Source of the DNA: Geotalea uraniireducens Rf4
GTDB lineage: Bacteria; Desulfobacterota; Desulfuromonadia; Geobacterales; Geobacteraceae
Direction: 5' to 3'
Length of the DNA stretch: 32,000 nucleotides
Assembly (NCBI RefSeq): GCF_000016745.1
Contig: NC_009483.1
Span: 660,001 to 692,000 of the forward strand
The notes beneath the pieces were generated by a model. It saw only the letters and a list, made by a program, of their open reading frames with translations. It was not told the DNA's origin and ran no database searches. Made by a program: the position numbers and the translations under genes. This document shows, piece by piece, positions 15,585-27,500 of this stretch (the first letter of the stretch is position 1; each line of letters begins with the position of its first letter).

Positions 15585-18500
15585 ATGAGGCATGAAGCCC
15601 GTGAAATGAACTTGACGATAGATGCCGCTGTCCGCGGAAAACTTTTCCCTGCCATGCATTGCTGGTTGTCGTTGCTATTGGCCTTTTCGCTTTCCGTCGC
15701 AATCTCCGTTCCGGCTTTCGCAAAGGGGGGGGATGTCGTCTGGCAGACCGGCGACCCGCGGGGAGGCAAGCAGGAAGCTAAGTCCTCCGGGGTCGATGCG
15801 GCCGGCAACGTCATAATTGCCGGTTACCAGAACCTGAGCGGCACTACCGACGACGATTACCTGACGGTCAAGCTTAAGTCCGACGGCAGCGGCATTGCCT
15901 GGCGTGCCGCGTATAACAAGTCGGGTGGCTCTGATCAGGCGACAGCCGTGGTTGTCGATTCGGAAAACAATGTCGTCGTTACCGGTTATGCCTGGAACGG
16001 ACAGAACAACGATATTCATACCATAAAATACAACGGTTCCACCGGCTCGGTGATATGGGAGCATACCTTTGACGGCGCAGCCCGTGGCGACGACAGGGCC
16101 ACGGCAATTGCCGTGGACAATCTCAACAACGTTTATGTGGGTGGCTTTTCCCAGAATGCGCGGGTCAACGAAGACTATATTATTGTCAAATACGGCGCTT
16201 CCGGCCCTAATCCCGACGGTACTCCCCTCTGGCATACGACCTGGAACGCTACCGCAGACGGCACGGACAAGCTTGCCTCGATTTCAGTCGGTGTGGGCTG
16301 CATTGCCGCCACCGGTTATTCCTGGAACGGTGCTGACTTCGACTATCTGACCATCAAGTTCGACCTTAACGGCAATAAGCTCTGGGACATGCGCCATGGC
16401 TCATCGGTCCCGGCGGGGCTCAAGGAAGACCAGGGGAAATTCACCAGGATCGACCCTGCGGGCGACGTCGTTATCACCGGTTATGTCTCCAACACCATCG
16501 ATAAGGATATCTATACAGCAAAGTACAACGGCGCAACCGGCGCCCTCGTCTGGGAACGGACGTATAACGGTGCCTATGACGACGAACCCAACGGCCTCTT
16601 TGTCGACAGCAGGGGGGATGTCTATGTCACCGGCTACACCTGGACGATCGACGCTCACAACGACTACTATACGGCAAAATACGCCGGTACGGACGGGGGG
16701 CTTTTGTGGGAAAACACCTTCAATTCCAGCGGCAGCAATGACGACATCACCTCGGCTACGGGCATCGTCGTCGATGAGGCGGGCGATGTCTTCGTCACCG
16801 GCTACAGCATAACGGCGGGCAACTATGATTTTCAGACGCTGAAATATAAAAAGGACAACGGCACCGAACTCTGGCACAGCAGCTTCAACGGCACTGCCGG
16901 CAAAAACGACCGCCCGGTCGGTATCGGGCTCGATCCACTGTCCGGCATGGTCTATGTTGCCGGCTGGTCGGACATGACCGCTTCTCTGGACAGCGGGGTC
17001 GCAACCGCGGCCAGCACCAATTTGACGGTGGAGAGCGCTAAGAGCTGGTCGGCCGATCAATGGGCCGGTTACCACGTCATGATGACCAGTGGTGGGAATA
17101 GCGGTGTGAGCAGGCATATTGCCGGCAACAGCGCCACCACCCTGACGCTCTCGACCCCTTTCGCCAAACCGGTTGCCGCGGGAGACACCTATTACCTCTA
17201 TGATCAGGAAGACCTGGACTATCACCTGATCAAATACGATCCGGGTCTCCTGAACCGCCCCACCGGCCTTACCGCCCAAACCCTTTCGAACAGTTCCGTA
17301 AAGCTGACCTGGACGGACAACACGAGCAGCGAAACCGGATTCAACGTCTACCGCAAGGTCGGCGAATTCGGCGCATGGGAGAGGCTCCTTCCTCCTGCTC
17401 CGGCCCCGCCGACGGACCCCACGGTGCGCGCCGGCGTCGTCACCTACGACGACACGGGGCTGACTGCAAACACGTACTACTACTACCAGGTAACCGCCTA
17501 CGACGGCACGGAATCGCACCCGAGCGACCCGGCCAAGGCTTTGACCGTCTTCGTCAGCTATCCGCTCCCCGCCTGGAGCTTTGTCTACAACAACCCCGAC
17601 AACTTTGATGATTTCGCCAACGCGATTGCCGTCGGTCCCGACAACAATCCGGTCGTCACCGGCCAGAGCCTGCGCACTGCCGGCGGCTTCGATTACTACA
17701 CGGTCAAGTTCAGGAACTCGGACAAAAGCCTGCTCTGGAGCGACCTCTACGACAGCCCCGACAGCGCACTGGACATAGCCATGTGCGTGGCGGTCGATGG
17801 CGCGGGCGATGCCATAGTTTCGGGCTATTCGGAGCTTTTTAACGGTACGAGCGGCAACACCCCCCATATTTATACGACGAAATACCCGGCAGCCGGTCCA
17901 CCGGCATTGTGGCATCACCAGTACATCGGTTCGGCGCGCATCGATGACCGGGCCGTGGCCATCGCCTCGGCGGTCGACTCATCCAACAACAGCGTGGTCG
18001 TAGGTTACGGCAAGAACGCGGCGGGCAACGAGGACATCTACCTCATCAAATATCCGTCGACACCCGTTCTCGACGGCAACAACAGCGCAACCCCCGCCTG
18101 GACAGCCACCCCCTTCGACGGCGGAGGCGACGATTTTCCCAATACCGTGGCCTTCGGCAAGGGTGGCGATATCTTCGTCACCGGCTATAGCAAGAATGTG
18201 GCGACCGGTAATTACGACGTCTTTGTCGCCAAATACAGCGGTGCGACAGGTGCGCGCATCTGGACGGACACCTTTGAAGGTCCGGGGCTTGGCGACGACC
18301 GGGGGGCGGCCCTGGCCACCGATGCAGCCGGTGACTTCTACGTTGCCGGTGTTGCGGTCAACGCGGCCGGCAACAAGGACTTTTTCACCATCAAGTACGA
18401 CGGGAGCAGTGCGTCAGTACAGCGGCTCTGGCAGCCGACTTTCTTCGACGGCGCTGCCCACGGCGACGACGAAGCGGTTGCCGTCAGTATAGATCCGATA

Positions 18501-21500
18501 GACGGCGCCGTTGTCGTTGCCGGTACAACCCTGACCGCTGCCGGCGATCACGACTTTACCATCGTCAGATACACGCCAGCCGGTCAGCCTCTCTGGAGCC
18601 GGACCCTGCAGCGTCCGGCCGATGACGACTATCTCAAGGCAATGGGGACGGACAATTCCGGCAATATCATCGTTACCGGTCATACCGGCGACGGCGTGAC
18701 CACCGACAGCATGACCCTCAAGTACGACTACGAGGGGACGCTGATCGTCGCCACCATCTATGACGGCGCAGCCCAGGGTTTTGATCAATCGAACGCCATT
18801 GCCGTCAACTCCCTGGGCGAGGCCTACATCGCCGGATACACGACCAATGTCGACGGAAATGCCGACTACCTTGTCTATTCGCTGCCGGCCGAGCCCATCC
18901 AGGCGCCCCTGCCGTTAACAGCGGCGCCGAAATACACCACGGTAGCATTGAGCTGGCAGGACTATTCGACGGTGGAAGACGGCTATCATATCCAGAGAAA
19001 GGTCGGCGCATGTTCAGCCGCCAATGTCTGGACCCAGGCCGACCTGATCAAGACGACGAACCCGGATGCGACGAGCTATCCGGATGCGGGGCTGACCTCC
19101 GGGCAGACTTACTGTTACAGAGTTCAGTCCTTCAGGACCAACGGCGCGGAGTCGCGCTGGGTCGAAAAACAGGTTACGACCGCGGTCCCGGCTGCTCCCG
19201 GCTCCGTAACCGCCACGCCCGACAACACCACCCAGGTCACGGTCAACTGGAGCGACAATACCGGCGGCGAGACGGGATTCAGGGTCGAGCGGTGCCTGGA
19301 CGCGGGGGCGGGTTGCGACTTCACCACCAGGGACACCTTTGTCACTGCGCCCGACGCCACCACCTTCACCGATAGCACCGCATGTGCCGATAAAACTTAC
19401 AACTACCGGGTCATGGCGATCAACAGGGGGCTTTCGTTCGATGGCGGGGGCGCCTGGACACGGAGGGCGCCGCTCAGCATCGCCGACTTTCAGCCGAATG
19501 TGCTGACCAGGATGACCATTGCCTACGACGGCCGCACGGACCTTGCCGGAGTCCCCATGAAGGCGGACTTCAGCGACATTCGCTTTTACGATGAGACCGG
19601 CCGGACCGAGCTCCCGTACTGGATAGAGAGCAAGAGCGATGGGGTCTCGGCCAACGTCTGGATCATGGGTGGGGCAAACAACGCCGTTTACCTCTATTAC
19701 GGCAATGCCGGGGCGGCAGGGGCGAGCAACGTGAACAATATTTTCGGCAGCGGCCTCGTGGGGTACTGGCCGTTCAACGAGTCAGCCGGAATCCCGGCTG
19801 CGATCGCCGATCTGAGCGGCCGCGGCAACAACGCCGCATTGAACGGTTTCATCTCCCCCTACGGGGTCGTCAGCGCCGGCAAGTACGGCAACGGCCTGAG
19901 CCTGGACGGATCGAACGATTATCTGACCGTACCGGACACAACCGGCTCGTCGCTGGACATTACCGGTTCGATCACGGTCGAGATGTGGTACAAGTACGAA
20001 CAGAGTCAGCCATGGGCACGCATTATCTCCAAGCCTACCGCCGGAGGTCCACAGCCGTGGGATCTTTATGCCATTGCCCTCAATGATAACGGCAACAGGC
20101 AGAAACCTTATTTTGTGATTTCGAGCACCAATACCTGGAATAACCTGCCGACAGACAATTATGTGGTCATGGGGCCGGAACTTGTCGTCGGCAACTGGTA
20201 TCACCTGGTCGGCAGATACAACAGGGCTACGGGAAGGGTCTCCATTATCGTCGACGGTATAGAATACGGCGCGACCGTTACCCCCATTACCCTGGCTGTG
20301 AGCAATGATCCCCTTACCATGGGGACGCGGGGTGTTTATGGCGGGAATGCCAAGGGGGGGGTCGACGAAGTCCGTATCTACAGCCGGGCGCTCACCGACG
20401 AGGAGATAGCGCGAGACTCACGCTATGCGATTACTGTCACTGTGGGGACGGCGGAGCAGGAAGGGGCGGGGTACGTCTTTGCCGGCACATTTACAGGACT
20501 GATCAGTGCAACGGCCCAGGCGAAGACGCCGTCGCCAGGCCAGCCCGGACCGTTGACCCTGTCGAGGGTTTCGGAAGCACAGATCAATCTGTCCTGGACG
20601 GACACGACCACGGACGAGACCGGTTTCAGGGTGGAGCGGTGCAAAGATGCCAGCTGCGTGCAGACGGAACTACCTTCCCATGCGGGCACCGGCGCGATGA
20701 CCCTGACCGACACGGGGCTCGAACCGAACACCACCTATTCCTATAGTGTCAGGGCGCTTAAAACGGGCGCATGCGGCTGGGACGATGCCGTGAGCGCTTT
20801 GGTCAGCGAAACTACGACCGTCAATCCGCCGGTCGTCACCTCAGTGACAGCCGTGAACACGACCCGGCTGGACGTTGCCTGGACGGACGATGTGGTCAGC
20901 AACTCGGGGTATCGGGTGGAGCGCTGCGCCGGCACATCGGCAACGTGCGGCGCGCAGGGGGCGAGCTTCAGCGTCATCGGCGGCTCCACTGCCAGAAACT
21001 ATTCCGATACGGAGGCGTGCGCGGGAACGGACCACACCTACCGCGTCTGCGCGGTTTTCAACGGTCTTTCCGGCTCCGGCGCCCCCTGGTCCATGCGGGC
21101 ACCCTTAACTTTCGACAACAACAGCTTCCAGCCCAACTTCAAAACCAGGCTGACCGTTTACTATAACGCTGCCATGAACCCCGACTTCAGCGACATCCGC
21201 TTTTACGACGCCGCGGCAGACAGGGAACTCCCCTACTGGATTGAGAGCAAGACCGATGGGGTTTCGGCGAACGTCTGGATCAAAACCGGCGACAATAACG
21301 CCGTTTACCTCTATTACGGCAACAGGAACGCGACCAGCGCGAGCAAATTGAGCGGCGTCTTCGGCAGCGGTCTCATGGGGTACTGGCAGTTCAACGAGCC
21401 GGCCGGCATTCCCGCCGTAATCAGCGATCTCAGCGGTCAGGGGAACAATGTCGTCCCGACCAGTTTCATTGCCCCCTACGGTGTCGTCGCAGGCGGAAAA

Positions 21501-24500
21501 TACGGCAACGCCCTGAGCCTCTCCGGTGCGGCAAATCACGCCAAAAAAGACACGGTTACCCTGCCGACGGGGAACGTCGCCACGGTGGAGGCATGGATAT
21601 TCCCCACCGGGTACTCACCGGGCAATGCCTATAACGGCATCGTCTCGTGGGGACCCAGGTCCGGCACCGCGGTCTCGTTGCTGTTGAGCATCCAGGACGG
21701 CGGCCGGCCGAGCATGGCCACCTGGGGGAACGATTTCGTGCCTGGGAGCGGCCCGGCCGCAACCCTCAACGCCTGGAACCACATTGCCGTCGTCCTTGAC
21801 GGCAAGGCGGTCACACTGTACATGAACGGCCAGCCGGTCAGCGGAGCGGTCAGCGCCGATATCTTGCCGAGCATTCAGTCAAAGAACCTCTCCATCGGCT
21901 CCACCGACAATCCGGGCAGGAATTTCCAGGGGAAGATAGACGAAGTGCGTATTTACAACCGTGCCCTGTCCCCGCAGGAGATCGCTTCCAGTTACGCCGC
22001 AGTTTTGCCCTCTGCCAGTGTTAATCTGGGCGCGGCGGAACCTGCGCCCGCCATTCCCCAGGAGTGGCAGGGTAGCTGTTCCCTTGTGACTCCGCAGTCG
22101 GCCGGTAAAACCCCGGTCCCGCCAAAACCGACGGGGCTGACCCTCACATGGGTTTCGGAGGCGCAGCTGGATCTGGGTTGGACGGACAATGCCAATGATG
22201 AGAGCGGCTATTATGTGGAGAGGATGTGCACGGCCGGGCCCGGCTGCACCGACACGGACTTCGCCCCGGTGCCGAACGGTGATCTCTCACCCCGTACGGG
22301 GACCGGCGCGATGACCTTCAGCGACAAAACCGGCCTGAGGCCGAACAACATCTACGCCTATCGGGTAAGGCCCTACAAGAACGTCGTCTGCGGCAACATC
22401 TGGGACAACGCCGGCGGCAGCCTCTATTCGGACGTGAAGTCCGCTACGACAACGGTCAAAGATCCGTCGGCAATAGCGGCGACTGCGGCATTCGGCACCA
22501 GCTGCAACGATATCCGCCTCACCGACAGCGACGGCAGCACCTCCTTGAGCCAGTGGGTGCAGCAGCTGCAATGCAATACCACCGGCACCCGCGTCTGGCC
22601 AAAGGTCCCGACGATTCCTGTCGGAGACAAAACCATATATCTCTATTACGGAAACTCTTCGGCCCCTTCGGTTGACAATGGGGATACGACCTTCGAGTTC
22701 TTCGACGATTTCAGCGGGAAAAAGGCCGATGGGTCGCCATTGTCGCCGCCATATATCGACCCGGACAAGTGGACTGTAAACGACCTGACCGGCTTCAGCG
22801 TGTCGGGCGGATATCTGCACGGTACAAACACGACCGGCCGATTGACCTCGAAATTTTTGCTTTCCGCCGATAAACTCATGACCCTCAAGGCGAAAACCAC
22901 GAGTTCGGCGACCGGTGGCCAGATAATCGGCGGTGTTTACCTCTCGGCAACCGACCATCTCGGTTTCCTCAACCGTCCCGCAGACGGCGGTTACCAGCTG
23001 AACGGCAGCCAGGTGCTGTCGGTTGCCACCCCGGCTCCGGCGCACAACCTGGGTTACACCCTCAATTATACGAGCCCGTCGACAGTCAATATGCAGGCCT
23101 ATGACTGGGATACCGGCGCCTGGTATCTGAGTCCGCTCACCGTCTCGGCGACCATCGCCGGCAAACCCGTCGTGCTCGGCAGGCAGTATGTCACGGACGG
23201 CGCCAATGGCCAGGCATACCTTACCGACTGGGACTGGGTCCTGGTGCGCAAGGTAGCGAATCCCGCGCCGACGGCTGCATTGGGGCAGAAGGAGTACGGC
23301 TCCTTCAACGTCGGCGGCGACACCTTCAGCGTGCGCAAGCCCATAACCATAACCCACAGCGCCACAGGCGCAGCGCCGCTGACGGATTACCAGCTTCTCT
23401 TCCCCACAGTGGACACGACCTCCCTGGCGACGGACCGGATAACCATCGGTTGGGTCGACAACACAGCAACCGAGAGCGGTTTCACCATCGAGAGATGTAC
23501 CGCCGGCCCTGCCGGGTCGGCAGATTGCACAAGCTGGGACAGAACCATCCCGGTCGCTCCGAATGCCACCAGCTATGCCGACACCAACCTCCCCCTTGCC
23601 ACTAAATACTGCTACCAAATCAGGGTCGACATTCCCGACGTTGTCACGACATTCTCCGCGCCGGTCTGCGCCACGACGTCCGTGCCGACTCCACCCTTCA
23701 ACCTCACCGTTTCCGTGAACGGCACGCGGGTGGATCTTGCCTGGAGCGACACGACGCCCGGCGTTCCCGACGGCTATATGGTCGAGCGCTGTTCCGATAC
23801 GGGGTCGGGGTGCGTTTTCAGCGGCTCGGACCCCAGCTTCACCACCTTTACGGTGGACCGTGCGTCAAAGGCCTTTATCGACCCCTCCGCCTGCAGCGGC
23901 ATCTACAACTATCGGGTCAAGTCGGTCAAGCCATGGATCAGCGGCTGGCCCGCCGATTACACCAATGTCGTCACGGCTTCTCTGACCATCCCGCCGAAGC
24001 CGACAGGCGTTACGGCAAGTCGGTCCTCCGAAAGCCAGATCAACCTCACCTGGACCGACAACACCACCGACGAGACCGGCTACCGGGTCGAGCGGAAGTG
24101 CGTCAGCGGCCCCCCCTCCTCTCCCTGCCCGGACAGCGATTTCCATCAGGTGGGACAGGACCTGCCGGCAAATCCCGGCACGGGAGCCATGTCCTTCAAC
24201 GACTTCGGCTTGACTCCGGATACGACCTATCTCTACCAGGTGACCTCCTTCAAGTCGGCCGGCTGTTCCTGGCTTGCGGTGAGCGACCCGTCTGCCGACG
24301 AAACGACGACCTTGACTAACCCGGCCAACCTGACCGCCACCGCCATCAATACCACCCAGATCAACCTTTCCTGGAGCGATACGACCTCGGGCGAGAGCGG
24401 TTTCGTCGTTGAACGCTGCACCGATGACGCATGCACAACCCCGACGATCCTCACTCCGCCGGCAGGGGTCAATGCGACCAACTATGCCGATACCACGGTA

Positions 24501-27500
24501 TGCAATGCCTTAACCCCCTATTATTACCGTGTCAAGGCCTTCAAGTCCGCCAACCTCTCCTCTGCCGGCGGCGGGGCCTGGACAAGGCGCGCCCTTCTGG
24601 CAATAACCGGTTTCCAGCCCAATTACCAGATGAAGCTGACCATACGGTCCGCGGACTATCCCGGCATGCAGCCGGATTTCAGGGACGTCCGTTTCTACGA
24701 CGCCACCACCGGCAGTGAGCTCTCCTACTGGATCGAAGGCGTATCCGCGGGGACTGCCGTCATCTGGGTGAAAACCGCCGCAAACAGCGCGATCTACCTC
24801 TATTACGGCAATACGGCGGCAGCGGATGCGTCCAGCGCTGCCAGCACCTTCGAATTCTTCGACGACTTCAGCGGGACGAATATCGATGCCAGTAGGTGGA
24901 ACGTAGTCGATCCGACAGGGTTCACCGTTTCCGGCGGCTCCCTGCACGGGACCAGCACCAGCGGCAGGCTGACTTCGAAAGCGACCTTTGCCGCGGGCAT
25001 CACGCTGGATATCAAGGCGCGGACCACCGCCGTTGCCGTCAACGGCCAGGCCATCGGCGGCTTTTACCTCAGTGCCGCCAACCACATCGGCTGGATGGCT
25101 GATCAATCCACCTCCAAACTCTACGCGGTCAAAAACGGCTCCATTTACAGAAATACGAACAGCAGCACGGCAAACCTTCTCTATACCCTGACCGTAAAAA
25201 GCGCCTCGACGTCGAGCCAGCAGCTCTATAATCTGGACAGCTCCTCGCCGGACCAGTACCTGGGGACGGGGGTGGATACCTCGTTCACGTTCGCCAGCTC
25301 CCCTATCGTCCTCGGCAGAAGCTACAAGGACGATCTGCACAACGGCCAAGCCTATGCAACTGACTGGGACTGGATCCGTGTCCGCAAATACGCGGCCGTT
25401 GAACCGGCTGTGACGGTGGGAGCGGTGGAATCTTCCGCGGGGTACAGCTTCGTCAATACCTGGTATGGCGACACCCCTTACAGTGCAACGGCTTTTGCCA
25501 CCACCTCGACGGTGGTCCCCCCCGGCGGGCTGAGCGCCACCAGGGCCTCGGAGGCGCAGATAAACCTATCCTGGACCGACAACGCCAATGATGAAACCGG
25601 CTTCAAGGTGGAGCGCTGCACCGGCGCAACCTGCGACTTCACCACCCTGGACGTCGGCTTCCCGGTGGAACTCGGGGCAAATGCAATCTCCTACAGCGAC
25701 CCGCTGCTGGTCCCCGACACACCCTACCGCTACCGGGTGCGCGCCTATAAAACCGCTTTCTGCAACGGCGGCTGGACCAGCGACCCGTCCAATGTCTCCG
25801 GCGATGTTACAACCGGCATAGCTCCGGCCAGTTTGACTGCCACCCCCTTCAACACCACCCAGATGGACATTTCCTGGTCCGATACCACCCAGGCGGAAAA
25901 AGGGTTCATCGTCGAGCGGTGCGAGGGGAGCGACTGCAATTTCACGCAGATAGGATCGGTCGGACCGCATAAGGTAAACTTACTTGCGCTCTATACTTTC
26001 AATAACAACCTTAACGACTCGTCAGGAAACGGCCTGAACCTGACCGGTCCTGCGCCGGTTTACGATGAGGGGGGACTGCTGATGACCACCGGCACGGTCT
26101 ATCAGAGCCCCGTGACCAGCATCCTCGATACGGACGACCACACCATCGAGTTCGACATCAAGATAAGGTCCACCAACGCCGGCTGGACGAGGATTTTCTC
26201 CTATACCCCTGCCGGCACGGACCGAAGCCCGGGGTTGTGGCTGGCGGACGGCAACCGGGCGCTTTTGCACTGGCGTTACGACCCGGCTAACAAGGGGGTC
26301 GATTACCTGGGGGTGAACGGCAACAACGGGACTCCCTTTACCCTCGGCGCCTGGTATCATGTGCGCGGCGTCAAGACGGGCCGCTATTTCAAGGTGTATG
26401 TGGACGGCACGCTGGTCGTGGACATGATCGTTTCCAATCCCAAAACTGCCGGTCCTTCAGCGCTCTACTTCGGCGGTGCCGATGTCTCCATCAGGAACTT
26501 CACCGTCTCCAGCAGCACGGAAGTCGTCTATTCCGACACCACGGCTTGCAACGCCGTCCCCTACAGCTACAGGGTACGCGCCGTCAATGGAGGGCTTGCA
26601 GCAGACGGCGGCGGCTGCTGGAAAAACAGGGCGCTGCTTGCCATCGGCGGTTTCCAGCCGAACCACCAGACCAGGGTGACCATTGCCTATAATGCGGCGA
26701 TGAATGCGGACTTCAGCGATATCCGTTTTTATGACGCAACCAGCCGGAGCGAACTCCCCTACTGGATAGAAAAGAAAACTGACGGCGCCTCGGCGACGGT
26801 CTGGTTCAAGAGCGGCATGAACAACAATATCTATCTCTATTACGGCAACGGGAGCGCATTGCCTGCCGCGGACGGCGCTGCCGTGTTCGAGTTTTTCGAT
26901 GACTTCGCGGGCACGGTGGTCGATTCGGGCAAATGGAAGATAATCGACGGCACAGGCTTCAGCGTATCGGGGGGCTATCTGCACGGGACGAATTCGACCG
27001 GCAGGCTGACATCAGCCAAACCATATGCGTCCGGGGTGGTTCTGGATGTCAAGGCAAAGACGACACTGACGGCTCCTTCCGGCCAAACAGTCGGCGGGCT
27101 GGTGCTGTTGCCCGACTTGTACAATTATATGGGATTCGCAAACGCCGCCGGTGCCGTAACCTACACGTATAATACGAACAGCGGCCCGCTTCCAGCAGCC
27201 AATATGCTCTATACCATCAAAGTTAAGGACTCCCAGACGACAAACCTCCAGGTGGATAATTGGGACACAGGGACGCCGTTCTGGGTGATCGGCAATGTTT
27301 CGAAAGCGATCACCGGGCACAACATCGTGCTGGGTAGGCGGGTCGACACGACGTTCAACTTAGACCACCTCAATGAGCCGTATGTGACGGATTGGGACTG
27401 GGTGCGCGTCCGCAGGTATGCGGCAGCCGAACCGACTGTCAGCGTTGGCGACCGGGAGACATCGTCCTGTTATGCCTTTGACGGTTCGTGGCCGGTCCCT

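Noticed and set aside
16401-17918. Long reverse-strand ORF (505 aa). Similar antisense or alternate-frame ORFs lie inside the big genes, e.g. 22287-23618(-), 27360-28610(-), 13054-14094(-), 11719-12396(-), 24510-25349(-), 15675-16235(-).
   Set aside because: All lie entirely within the two giant forward genes, whose domain repeats are unambiguous. Their translations are R/G/A/P/V-rich low-complexity strings with no motifs, the usual shadow ORFs of GC-rich DNA.
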